A stretch of 64,000 nt of DNA, taken from an uncultured Gammaproteobacteria bacterium. Its GTDB lineage: Bacteria > Patescibacteriota > Patescibacteriia > VMEV01 > CAYQCH01. The position numbers were made by a program, and so were the translations under genes. The DNA is taken from assembly GCA_964503955.1 (NCBI GenBank), contig CAZDCG010000004.1:16181-80180 (forward strand), given 5' to 3'. Positions 18,796 to 27,800 of the stretch are shown here, piece by piece (position 1 is the stretch's first letter; every line of letters begins with the position of its first letter). The notes under the pieces are model-generated. The model had not been told where the DNA came from and did no database searches. It saw nothing but the letters and a program-made list of their open reading frames with translations.

Positions 18796-19050
18796 AAAAG
18801 CTACGAAATCTCAAGAGGTTTTGGCGGGCAGGCCGACTCGCATGAGAAGAGCATATCCTCGTCCCTCCTAAGAGAGCCTTGGGTGATGCGAACGATTTAC
18901 CCAGAACGTAGCCGGAGCCACCTTCTTGGGATAAATTGGACGCGGGACGGGCGTTTGAGCCTTTATGGGGCCTGGGCGCCACGCCGGTCTCTCCTCATGC
19001 GAATCGGCGGTGTCGAGCTTTCAAAGATCAGTCCATCAGCTTGACAAAAC

Positions 19051-19079
19051 ACTATATCATATGGTCTAAAATTTGTCAA
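19051..19079 (-). promoter_or_regulatory. Sigma70-type promoter of the GC-rich unit, followed by a boxA-like GATCTTTGAAA (19019-19029)
   Basis: Minus strand TTGACA-N17-TATAGT. Confidence 0.75.
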
Positions 19080-19343
19080 GACTGGTGAAACAGCTTAGCA
19101 AGAATTTGCTAAAATTAGCGATAAATTCGTGTTAAGATTGTTCAACATCATAAAATAGGACGGACGGGATCTTAGCTTATCTGTACATTTTTGACAAGAG
19201 CAAACATGGGGAAAAAGATCGTTTCATATAAAAAAGCCCTTGTTTTTGTCAGGGATCAAACATGGTGATAGGATTCAATCACGAGAAGAAATGGTCACTG
19301 GACGAGTATTTACCCGTCTAGTGATCTTCATATAAGAGAATTT

Positions 19344-21761
19344 ATGGCCTACGACCACAGAGAAATCGAAGCTAAAATGCAGGCGTACTGGAAAGAAATC
19401 GACGCGTTCAAAACACATGATGCTTCTGGAAAGCCAAAAGCGTATATCCTTGATATGTTTCCCTATCCTTCAGGAGCCGGTTTGCATGTCGGCCATGTTG
19501 AGGGGTATACCGCAACCGATATTCTCGCCCGCTATAAACGGATGAACGGGTTTGAGGTGCTTCATCCCATGGGCTGGGACGCTTTTGGTTTGCCGGCCGA
19601 AAACTACGCCATCAAAGTCAACCGCCATCCGCGCCTGACAACCGACGAGAATATTCAAAACTTCAAGCGCCAGATCAATGCCATGGGAAAAAGCGTTGAC
19701 TGGAGCAGGGAAATCGACACCAGTTCTGAACAGTACTATCGCTGGACGCAATGGTTTTTCCTCTTTTTGTATAAAAACGATTTGGCTTATCGCAAAGAAG
19801 CCCCGGTGAATTGGTGTGAACATGACCAGACCGTTTTAGCCAATGAACAGGTTGTCGACGGCAAATGCGAACGCTGCAAAAACGAAGTGGTGCAAAAAAA
19901 TCTGCCCCAATGGTTCTTCAAGGTGACGTCCTATGCTGACCGCCTGCTCAAAGATTTGGACGCGCTTGATTGGCCTGAGGCGCTCAAAGAAATGCAGCGC
20001 AACTGGATTGGCCGTTCTGAGGGGGCGCGCCTGACTTTCAAAGTTGCAAATGCATCGGCTGAACATACCGGCGAATCCATCGAGGTTTTTACAACACGGC
20101 CGGATACCTTGTTTGGAGCCACGTATCTTGTCTTGGCGCCTGAGCATCCTTTGGTTGAACAGCTCACGACAAAAGAGCAGCTTTTGGCCGTGCAGGCGTA
20201 TCAGGATGAAGCTTCACGGCGGTCTGAACTGGAGCGCGTGGGAACGGATCAGAAGAAAACCGGTGTCTTTACCGGTTCGTATGCTGTACACCCGTTCACC
20301 GGAGACCTCCTGCCGATCTGGATTGCAGACTATGTGCTGATGGGATATGGCACTGGCGCCATCATGGCTGTACCCGCGCATGATGAGCGCGATTACGCCT
20401 TCGCGTCAGCATATGATCTTCCCGTCAAAACGGTCATCGAGCCGGCTGACAAAGAACATACGCAGCATGAGCTGCCATTTACGGGCGAAGGGATTCTGAT
20501 TCATTCCGACGAATTCAGCGGGCTTGAAAGCCATGAAGCAAAAGGCAAGGTCGCGCTTAAAGCAGGCGGTGAAATTGCCGTGAACTATAAAATCCGTGAC
20601 TGGCTTTTATCTCGTCAGCGATTTTGGGGCGCACCAATCCCGATCATCTACTGTGATGCTTGCGGTGTTGTCCCTGTTCCGGAAGATCAGCTGCCGGTTG
20701 TCTTGCCAAAAGAAGCGGATTTCAAATTGCAGGGTGATGGCAAATCGCCGCTGGCGCGCGTTGACGAGTTCGTGAACACCACTTGTCCGAAATGTGACGC
20801 CCCAGCGAAGAGAGAAACCGACACCATGGATGGTTTCGTCGATAACTCATGGTACTTCTTCCGTTATCTTGATCCAAACAATGATCAGGCATTTGCGTCT
20901 GCCGAAACGATCAAGCGCTGGATGCCCGTTGATGTCTATGTCGGTGGCGCGGAGCACGCTGTCGGTCATTTAATCTATTCTCGTTTCTTTACCAAGGTCT
21001 TGTTCGATCATGGGTATATCGATTTTGAAGAGCCGTTCCTGAAACTTGTAAACCAGGGAATCATCCTGGCGGAAGATGGGCAGAAGATGTCGAAGTCTTT
21101 AGGGAATGTGATTAATCCAGATGACGTAATCGCCGAATACGGAGCCGACACATTGCGTCTCTTCGAGATGTTTCTTGGTCCCTTGCAAGACGCAAAACCA
21201 TGGGACACAAAGGGGATTGTTGGCATGAAGCGCTTCTTAGAGCGTGTGCATCGCTTCTTTACCGAAAATCATGTGCGTTCAGATGCCGCTGCAGATCAGC
21301 AGGTAACAGCGCAGCTGCACCGCACCATCAAAAAGGTGACCCATGATATCGAGGCACTTCGTTTCAATACGGCTATCGCTTCGATGATGGAAATGCTTAA
21401 TGCGATGAACAAAAAAGGCGAGCTACCAATGGTTGAGGGTGTGGTTTTCCTCAAGCTGCTTTCTCCGTTCGCGCCGCATCTGGCGGAGTACCTCTACAAC
21501 GAGATGGGGAATGAAAATTCGCTTGGGATGACTGACTGGCCCGCCTATGACGAGAACCTTGTGAAAGAAGAACAGGCGGTGCTCGCCGTTCAGATCAATG
21601 GCAAGGTTCGTGATAAAATCGTTGTGACAAGCGACGCGGACGAAGCAGCTGCAAAGGCCGCCGCGCTCGCGTCTGAAAAAGTCGCTCGTCATCTTGAAGG
21701 ACAGGAAATCAAGAAGGTGATTTATGTGCAGGGAAGAATTATCAGTTTCTTGACGGAGTAA
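19344..21761 (+). CDS. leuS: Leucine--tRNA ligase
   Basis: MFPYPSGAGLHVGH, GWDAFGLPAEN, FTTRPDT editing domain, KMSKS. Confidence 0.98.
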   Translation: MAYDHREIEAKMQAYWKEIDAFKTHDASGKPKAYILDMFPYPSGAGLHVGHVEGYTATDILARYKRMNGFEVLHPMGWDAFGLPAENYAIKVNRHPRLTTDENIQNFKRQINAMGKSVDWSREIDTSSEQYYRWTQWFFLFLYKNDLAYRKEAPVNWCEHDQTVLANEQVVDGKCERCKNEVVQKNLPQWFFKVTSYADRLLKDLDALDWPEALKEMQRNWIGRSEGARLTFKVANASAEHTGESIEVFTTRPDTLFGATYLVLAPEHPLVEQLTTKEQLLAVQAYQDEASRRSELERVGTDQKKTGVFTGSYAVHPFTGDLLPIWIADYVLMGYGTGAIMAVPAHDERDYAFASAYDLPVKTVIEPADKEHTQHELPFTGEGILIHSDEFSGLESHEAKGKVALKAGGEIAVNYKIRDWLLSRQRFWGAPIPIIYCDACGVVPVPEDQLPVVLPKEADFKLQGDGKSPLARVDEFVNTTCPKCDAPAKRETDTMDGFVDNSWYFFRYLDPNNDQAFASAETIKRWMPVDVYVGGAEHAVGHLIYSRFFTKVLFDHGYIDFEEPFLKLVNQGIILAEDGQKMSKSLGNVINPDDVIAEYGADTLRLFEMFLGPLQDAKPWDTKGIVGMKRFLERVHRFFTENHVRSDAAADQQVTAQLHRTIKKVTHDIEALRFNTAIASMMEMLNAMNKKGELPMVEGVVFLKLLSPFAPHLAEYLYNEMGNENSLGMTDWPAYDENLVKEEQAVLAVQINGKVRDKIVVTSDADEAAAKAAALASEKVARHLEGQEIKKVIYVQGRIISFLTE

Positions 21762-21927
21762 TCTTGCCCTCCCACTGAGCGCTGACACGCTGATTGCTTG
21801 AGCTGAATTCTGCTCGAGAGCAGCACCCGGCGTCAGTTTCAGCATTCAGCAATCAGCGTTCAGCAAACCAACCACAGTGCTCGTAACCTGTTAAGTCGTG
21901 AACCAGCAAACCCGATAACAACAAAAG

Positions 21928-22923
21928 ATGCTCAAACACTGGCAGGAACATGAATCAACGCAATGGAATGACATCATCGCCCGTCTCGCCAAAGACGGCG
22001 GGCTTTTGCAGTCATGGGAATGGGGGCGCTTTCAGGAATCGCTTGGCAATGCCGTTTACAATCTTTCTCATGAAGAAAAGTGGTACGCGCAATGCATTCA
22101 ACTCAAAGCCGGCAATCAGTGGATTCTCTCCATCCCTCGCGGTCCTGTAACCCCGGTTGCTCATGAGAAGGAATCATTCAAAAACTTTCTTTTTGACCTT
22201 AAAGCATTCGCCAAAGATCGCGGTTGCTTTTTGGTTCGATTCGACCCAGCGTTTGAACTCCCCCTTGCAAAAGAGCTCTCGCTTAAAAAATCCGCTCGCG
22301 AGCGCAATCCGGTGCATACGCTTATCATGAACACGTCCTATGCAGAAGAAGAGCTGCTTGAGCAAATGAAACCGAAGTGGCGCTACAATATCCGCCTCGC
22401 GCAGAAACGGGGAGTCGCCATCCGCCGTTCATGCAATCCGCAGGATGCCACAATGTTTGCATCGCTCATGCAGAAAACAACCGAGCGCCAATCCTTTGCC
22501 ACCTATGATGAGGAGTACTTCACAACCTTCATGAAGGTTTTTGGGAAAAATCAGCAGGCTGAATTTTTCTTTGCGGAATATGAAGGGAAAACCATTGCCG
22601 CAATTTTAGTCGCCTACTTTGGCAAGCGCGCGTATTATCTTCACGGGGGATCGGACAATGCGTACCGCCAGGTGATGGCGCCGCATTTGCTGCAATGGGA
22701 AGCTATTAAAGAAGCTAGAAAGCGAAGCCTGGAATATGACTTCTGGGGTATTGCTGCCGAACCACCGGCCAATAAACAGGAAGCGCAATGGGCGGGGGTG
22801 ACGCGTTTTAAGAAAGGATTTGCTCCGCAAACGGAAGCGACGGAATATATGGGAACGTATGAACTGCCGGTGAGCAAGCTGCTTTTCGTCCTCTACCGTC
22901 TAAGACAGCGGTTAACGGGTTAA
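21928..22923 (+). CDS. FemABX-family peptidoglycan bridge aminoacyltransferase
   Basis: LLQSWEWGRF, PRGP, KWRYNIRLAQKRGV, YLHGGS, YDFWG, GVTRFKKGF. Confidence 0.9.
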   Translation: MLKHWQEHESTQWNDIIARLAKDGGLLQSWEWGRFQESLGNAVYNLSHEEKWYAQCIQLKAGNQWILSIPRGPVTPVAHEKESFKNFLFDLKAFAKDRGCFLVRFDPAFELPLAKELSLKKSARERNPVHTLIMNTSYAEEELLEQMKPKWRYNIRLAQKRGVAIRRSCNPQDATMFASLMQKTTERQSFATYDEEYFTTFMKVFGKNQQAEFFFAEYEGKTIAAILVAYFGKRAYYLHGGSDNAYRQVMAPHLLQWEAIKEARKRSLEYDFWGIAAEPPANKQEAQWAGVTRFKKGFAPQTEATEYMGTYELPVSKLLFVLYRLRQRLTG

Positions 22924-22987
22924 AGTGTTCATGAGTTAACGCGTTAACCCATTAACCCGTTAACTCGTTAACATAAAGTTTACGACA

Positions 22988-23908
22988 ATGAACGCACAAG
23001 AAGTTAAGAATATCCTTGCGAGATTAAACATTCGTCCAGCCAGGCAACGCGGACAGAACTTTCTTATTGACGAAGCGTATCTTGACGACATGCTGAACGC
23101 GGCGAACGTCTCAAAAGATGATCTGATTCTTGAAGTCGGTCCGGGTTTGGGCGTGCTGACCCGCAAGCTGGCCGCGGCAGCGCGCAAGGTGGTTTGCGTC
23201 GAATTGGATAAGAAGCTGATCGAGTATGTAAAAACGGACTTGCTTCCCGCGCATCAAAATCTCTCGCTCTTAGAAGGAGATGCTTTGTCGTCCAACGTCT
23301 TTCATCAATTCGCCGCCCTGCTCGCGCGCGACAAAATGCCAGAAATCCATATTGACCGGGAAGATGAAAGTTATCGCGATATTCTTGAATCGCTTGATAA
23401 ATCATACAAAGTGGTTGCCAATCTGCCGTATCAGATTACGTCGCGCGCGCTGAGAACCTTTTTCACCGCGCTGCCGCGGCCGTCCCATGTCGTGGTTATG
23501 GTGCAGAAGGAAGTGGCTGAGCGCATGACAGCAAAAGCAGGGGAGATGAGCTTGCTTGCCTTGGCGACGCAAACAGCTTCTTCAGCCAATATTGTTTCTG
23601 TTGTTCCCAAAGTTGCGTATTTACCTGTGCCAAAAGTCGATTCCGCCATTGTGGCTTGTGATCTGACAAAGCCGAATGCATCGTTTGACGCGCTTACGCC
23701 TGAGGAACAAAGGCTGTTCTGGAAACTCGCGCGCGCGGGCTTTGCGGCCAAACGCAAATTGCTCAAGAAAAATCTTTCATCATTGCGGGGTATCGGCGAG
23801 GTTGACTGGGAAGCGCAGCTTGCTGCCCTTGGCCTTTCGCCAACTGTGCGCGCGCAGGAATTGACCGTGGAGCAATGGGCGGGGCTGGTTAATCGGTTGA
23901 CGAGTTAA
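22988..23908 (+). CDS. rsmA: 16S rRNA m6,2A dimethyltransferase KsgA
   Basis: GQNFL, LEVGPGLG, VANLPYQIT, MVQKEVAER, PKVDSA, RAQELT. Confidence 0.95.
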   Translation: MNAQEVKNILARLNIRPARQRGQNFLIDEAYLDDMLNAANVSKDDLILEVGPGLGVLTRKLAAAARKVVCVELDKKLIEYVKTDLLPAHQNLSLLEGDALSSNVFHQFAALLARDKMPEIHIDREDESYRDILESLDKSYKVVANLPYQITSRALRTFFTALPRPSHVVVMVQKEVAERMTAKAGEMSLLALATQTASSANIVSVVPKVAYLPVPKVDSAIVACDLTKPNASFDALTPEEQRLFWKLARAGFAAKRKLLKKNLSSLRGIGEVDWEAQLAALGLSPTVRAQELTVEQWAGLVNRLTS

Positions 23909-24096
23909 TATACCCTGTTCTGAACTCTGAATCCTGAACTCTGCCTGTGGTTCTGAGCCGTCTTAGATCAAGAATTCCGATCCGGAATTCAGAACTCAGA
24001 TTTGCAATCGTTCAAGTGGGGAGACTTCTGCAGGCAGATGTCTTGTTGCTACATCACAAGACATGTTATAATTTCGACAACTGTTGTGAAAAACAC

Positions 24097-24867
24097 ATGC
24101 AGGAATTTCCTGAAGATGTTGAGCGTGTTGCTCAGCAAAGCGATGAACAAAGCTTTGCCTATCCCCGCTCGGTTGTTGTCGGGGTCTTTGTCTTATGCGG
24201 TCTCGCTTTGGTTTTGCTCAAAGTGCAACTTGGCGATCGATTGAGTCTTGAAGTGCCAAAGTTCGGACAAGCGGAACTCTCAGGAGATATTTCAAAAAGT
24301 CTGCTTGAAGCGGAAGATGAGCAGCTTAAACGCCAGGATTCCGATGAAGACGGTCTCACGGATTATCAGGAATTGCGCATTTACGGCACAAGCCCGTTTA
24401 TTGCTGATTCCGATTCAGACGGAGAAACAGACGCAGCCGAGATTGCTGCGGGTACTGATCCGAATTGTCCTGAAGGACAGAATTGTTTTCAGCCGCAAAC
24501 GGCTTTTACGGGGGGCACGCTGCAGGAAGTGCTTGCCAATCAGCAGGATCGCCTTCAGGGAGTGCTTGACTCTCCATCAGAAATCCGCCGTCTGCTCATA
24601 GAACAAGGTGCCAGTCCGGCATTGCTGGCCAATATCGATGACCAGTCTCTGCAAATCCTTGCCAATGAAGCCTATCAGGAATATTCCAAGCCGAAAGCGG
24701 AAACCATTGATCTTCTCGCAGGTCTGAATGCTGACCAGCTTCGCGCCCTGCTGGTATCGGCAGGATTAAGCGAGGCGCAAGTGCAAGGCCTGACAGACAA
24801 TGAGCTTACGGATCTTGTGCAATCGGTTTTGACTCAACAAAGAGGACAGATTCAACCCGCGCAATAG
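24097..24867 (+). CDS. Membrane-anchored protein with thrombospondin type-3-like Ca-binding repeats
   Basis: One TM segment; DSDEDGLTDYQE...GTSP..ADSDSDGETD..E...GTDP; extended -10 TGTTATAAT upstream. Confidence 0.8.
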   Translation: MQEFPEDVERVAQQSDEQSFAYPRSVVVGVFVLCGLALVLLKVQLGDRLSLEVPKFGQAELSGDISKSLLEAEDEQLKRQDSDEDGLTDYQELRIYGTSPFIADSDSDGETDAAEIAAGTDPNCPEGQNCFQPQTAFTGGTLQEVLANQQDRLQGVLDSPSEIRRLLIEQGASPALLANIDDQSLQILANEAYQEYSKPKAETIDLLAGLNADQLRALLVSAGLSEAQVQGLTDNELTDLVQSVLTQQRGQIQPAQ

Positions 24868-24870
24868 TCT

Positions 24871-27800
24871 ATGCAAACAAGGAAAACAAAAATACTGGTG
24901 GGATTCATGGCGATCGGTCTTTTCATCACGTCTTTTCTTCCAAAGCCGGTTCATGCCGGCCTTCCGGTTTCCGATATCGGATCAATGGTTCAAAGCGCGG
25001 GACAATTTATTAAAAACACGTTTGACAAGATTCAAGAGACATTGTTGGACGAATTGGCAGTTGTTTTTTTCAATAATATCGTTCAGACCTTTGTCAATAA
25101 TCTGGCGGCGGAAACCGCCCAATGGATTGCCAGCGGAGACGAAGGGCAAAAGCCTTTGCTGTTTACCTCCGACTGGCAGGATTATCTTGAGAAAGCCGGT
25201 GAAGACGCGATCGCCTTTGCCGCAATCGGGTTTGCGGACGCGGTTGGCTTAGGAAATATCTGTATTGCTCCGGAAATTGCGATTGACATTATCCTGCCGC
25301 AAATCGAGCAGCCGGGAACAACCAAGCCGCGTTGTAGTCTCGATGATTTAAAGAAAACCTGGGATGTCACAAGCCCGGATTTCTTGCAGAATTTCACCCT
25401 TTCTTTTCAAACCGATCAGAACGACATAGGAATTGCCATTAGCTTCCTTGCGAATCTTGAAAAGGAGAAAACCGAAAAAAAGGAGGCAGCCGAAAATGAA
25501 CGCGATCAAAGCCCTTTTAAAGCCGTGAAAGATGCGATCAGCGGATTAACGGAAACGCCGGCACCTCTGGTTCAGAAGCAGGTGGAAAAAGTTGAAGATG
25601 GCACAACGGTAACTACCTATACATATACCAATCCTATCGGCGTATTGACCGGAGCTATCCAGGTTTTCGCCGGCACCCTCATGGGGCAGTATCTGAATAA
25701 ACTGCAAAGCGGATTTTTCTCCTTGGCTGATGCCGTCCCCGCGGAAGAAGACGTTGCGTCGCTTGTGCGAGGCTCGCTTTCCGATCCTCTTTCCACCGGA
25801 CCAACCGGATCGCAAACAGCACAGCTGAAATTCACCGATGTGTTCAAGCCGAATTTGCGCCAGGCAAATGATTTCAATATTTTGGCTGAACTGGCTGCCT
25901 GTCCTTCTGAAGTTCGATACGCCAGTATTTACAATTGTGTGATTGATTCAGGGTTCATGCAGGCGCTGTCAGGAGGGCGGAATGGATTTTTAACGGTCCG
26001 CGAGGCAGTGCAGCAAAATCTGCTGCATGGAAACTGGGTATTTGGATATGTTAATCCCGGTTCAGGAGCCGAGCCAAGCTATTTGAACGGGTACGCGTAT
26101 AGCAATATGAAAAAGCTGCGCCGGCTCAGAATTGTTCCTGTCGGCTGGGAAATGGCTGCATTGCGCGCACGTTCGCTTGGACAGAGCGTCACCTTGCTTG
26201 ATGTGATCAATTCGTATAACGATCAGGGCTCTCCTTTTTATAAATTGGTTGATCCGGAATGGGTGCTGAAAGTGCCAACCATGCGCTGTGCGGCAAAAGC
26301 ACCTGGGCAGATTCTTCAATCAGGAGGAACCGATCGCGTCGCCGAATGCGTTGATATTCAGGACTGTATTGCCTTTGGCGATGATGGCGAATGCCGAGCG
26401 TGGGCGTATTGTACGGCCGACCAGCGCGAATGGCGATTCCCTGCCGAGCAATGCCCGGAACATTATGCGACCTGCGAACAATTCTATTCTTCCGGCGAAG
26501 ATACGACACAAAATCTCTGGCTTTCTTCCACATTGGAATACGAAGGCTGCAATGCACAGACTGCAGGATGCACATGGTACTCAACGGTTAAAAACTCCGC
26601 CGGCGAATGGCAGGAAACAAATCGTGTCCATTTAACGTCTGCTGTACAGGCCTGTGATCCAAACGATGCGGGATGTCATCTTTATATTCGCATGGGCAAT
26701 GGTTCCAACCTGATCCGTAACGGCAGTTTTGAAGATGATGCGGGGCATAATTATGTGCTCGGACTGGGTGATACGGTTGCGGAAAACAGCATTCCCGACG
26801 GCTGGTCAGCGCGGCAGGCGCTCATCTCACTCAACGATGATGCCCAGCATGGAGAAGCATCCGTCCGCATCCAGCCGCAGCCAGGCGGAGAATGCCGCCC
26901 TGGATTGCAATATGAAGCACCGCTTGGACATTTCGAGATCGGTCAGCAATATACGCTCAGCGGACGCGTCCGAACGGAAAATGTCACTCCGGCAGATTTG
27001 CAGCTGTTCTTTCAGGGAATCACCTTCACCGTTGAAGATGTTAATAATGTTTGGAAATCATTCGCCTTTACCTTTGTCATGCCGTCAACAACACGTTCGT
27101 ACACCTTTGTGCTGGCAGGCAATAACGGGGATTGCGCGAATCTGAATCCAGGCGGAGCGGTTTTCTACGATGCCATCCAGCTTGAACGCAATACCTTGCC
27201 GACCTCCTATAAAGAGTATGGCTCTGTAAACCAGGTCAGCTTGAAGAATGCGCCTGCCTGTACATTTGAAGATGTCGGCTGCCAGCGCTATCTTCCTGTG
27301 GATCGAAAGAACGCGGCAACGGTCACGGGGGTTGCGACAGGACAGGATCTCTGTCCGGCTGAATGTGTCGGGTATGCCACCTACGAACAGCAGGAAACTG
27401 ATCTTGAGCCTGAGCGTATTGTGAATTTTATTCCATCTTCCGCAGATGTTTGTTCCGCTCAGGAAGTCGGTTGTGAGCAGTTCACCAATTTGGACGTAGT
27501 CGCGCGGGGAGGAGAAGGGCTTGAATACTATTCGCAAATCCGCCACTGTGAAAAACCACAGCCGCAATGCCAGACATACTTCGCCTGGGAAGGAAGTGAT
27601 GTAACCGGCTTCCAGCTTGTCAATTTCAGCCTGCTTGCCATCAATGAAGATGGTACGGGCGTGCCGCAAACAACCGATGGCAGCGTCACCTGTGATCCAA
27701 ATGACGCGGATTGCCGCGAGCTGATCGGCGAAGATGGATCACGGTCATTCCGCAATTTGAGCAAAACCATCACCTGTTCGGAAGCCTGCGTGCCGCTGCG

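Noticed and set aside
16284-19079. Prophage or CRISPR array
   Set aside because: No phage hallmark genes or att sites; no identical, regularly spaced direct repeats and no cas genes.
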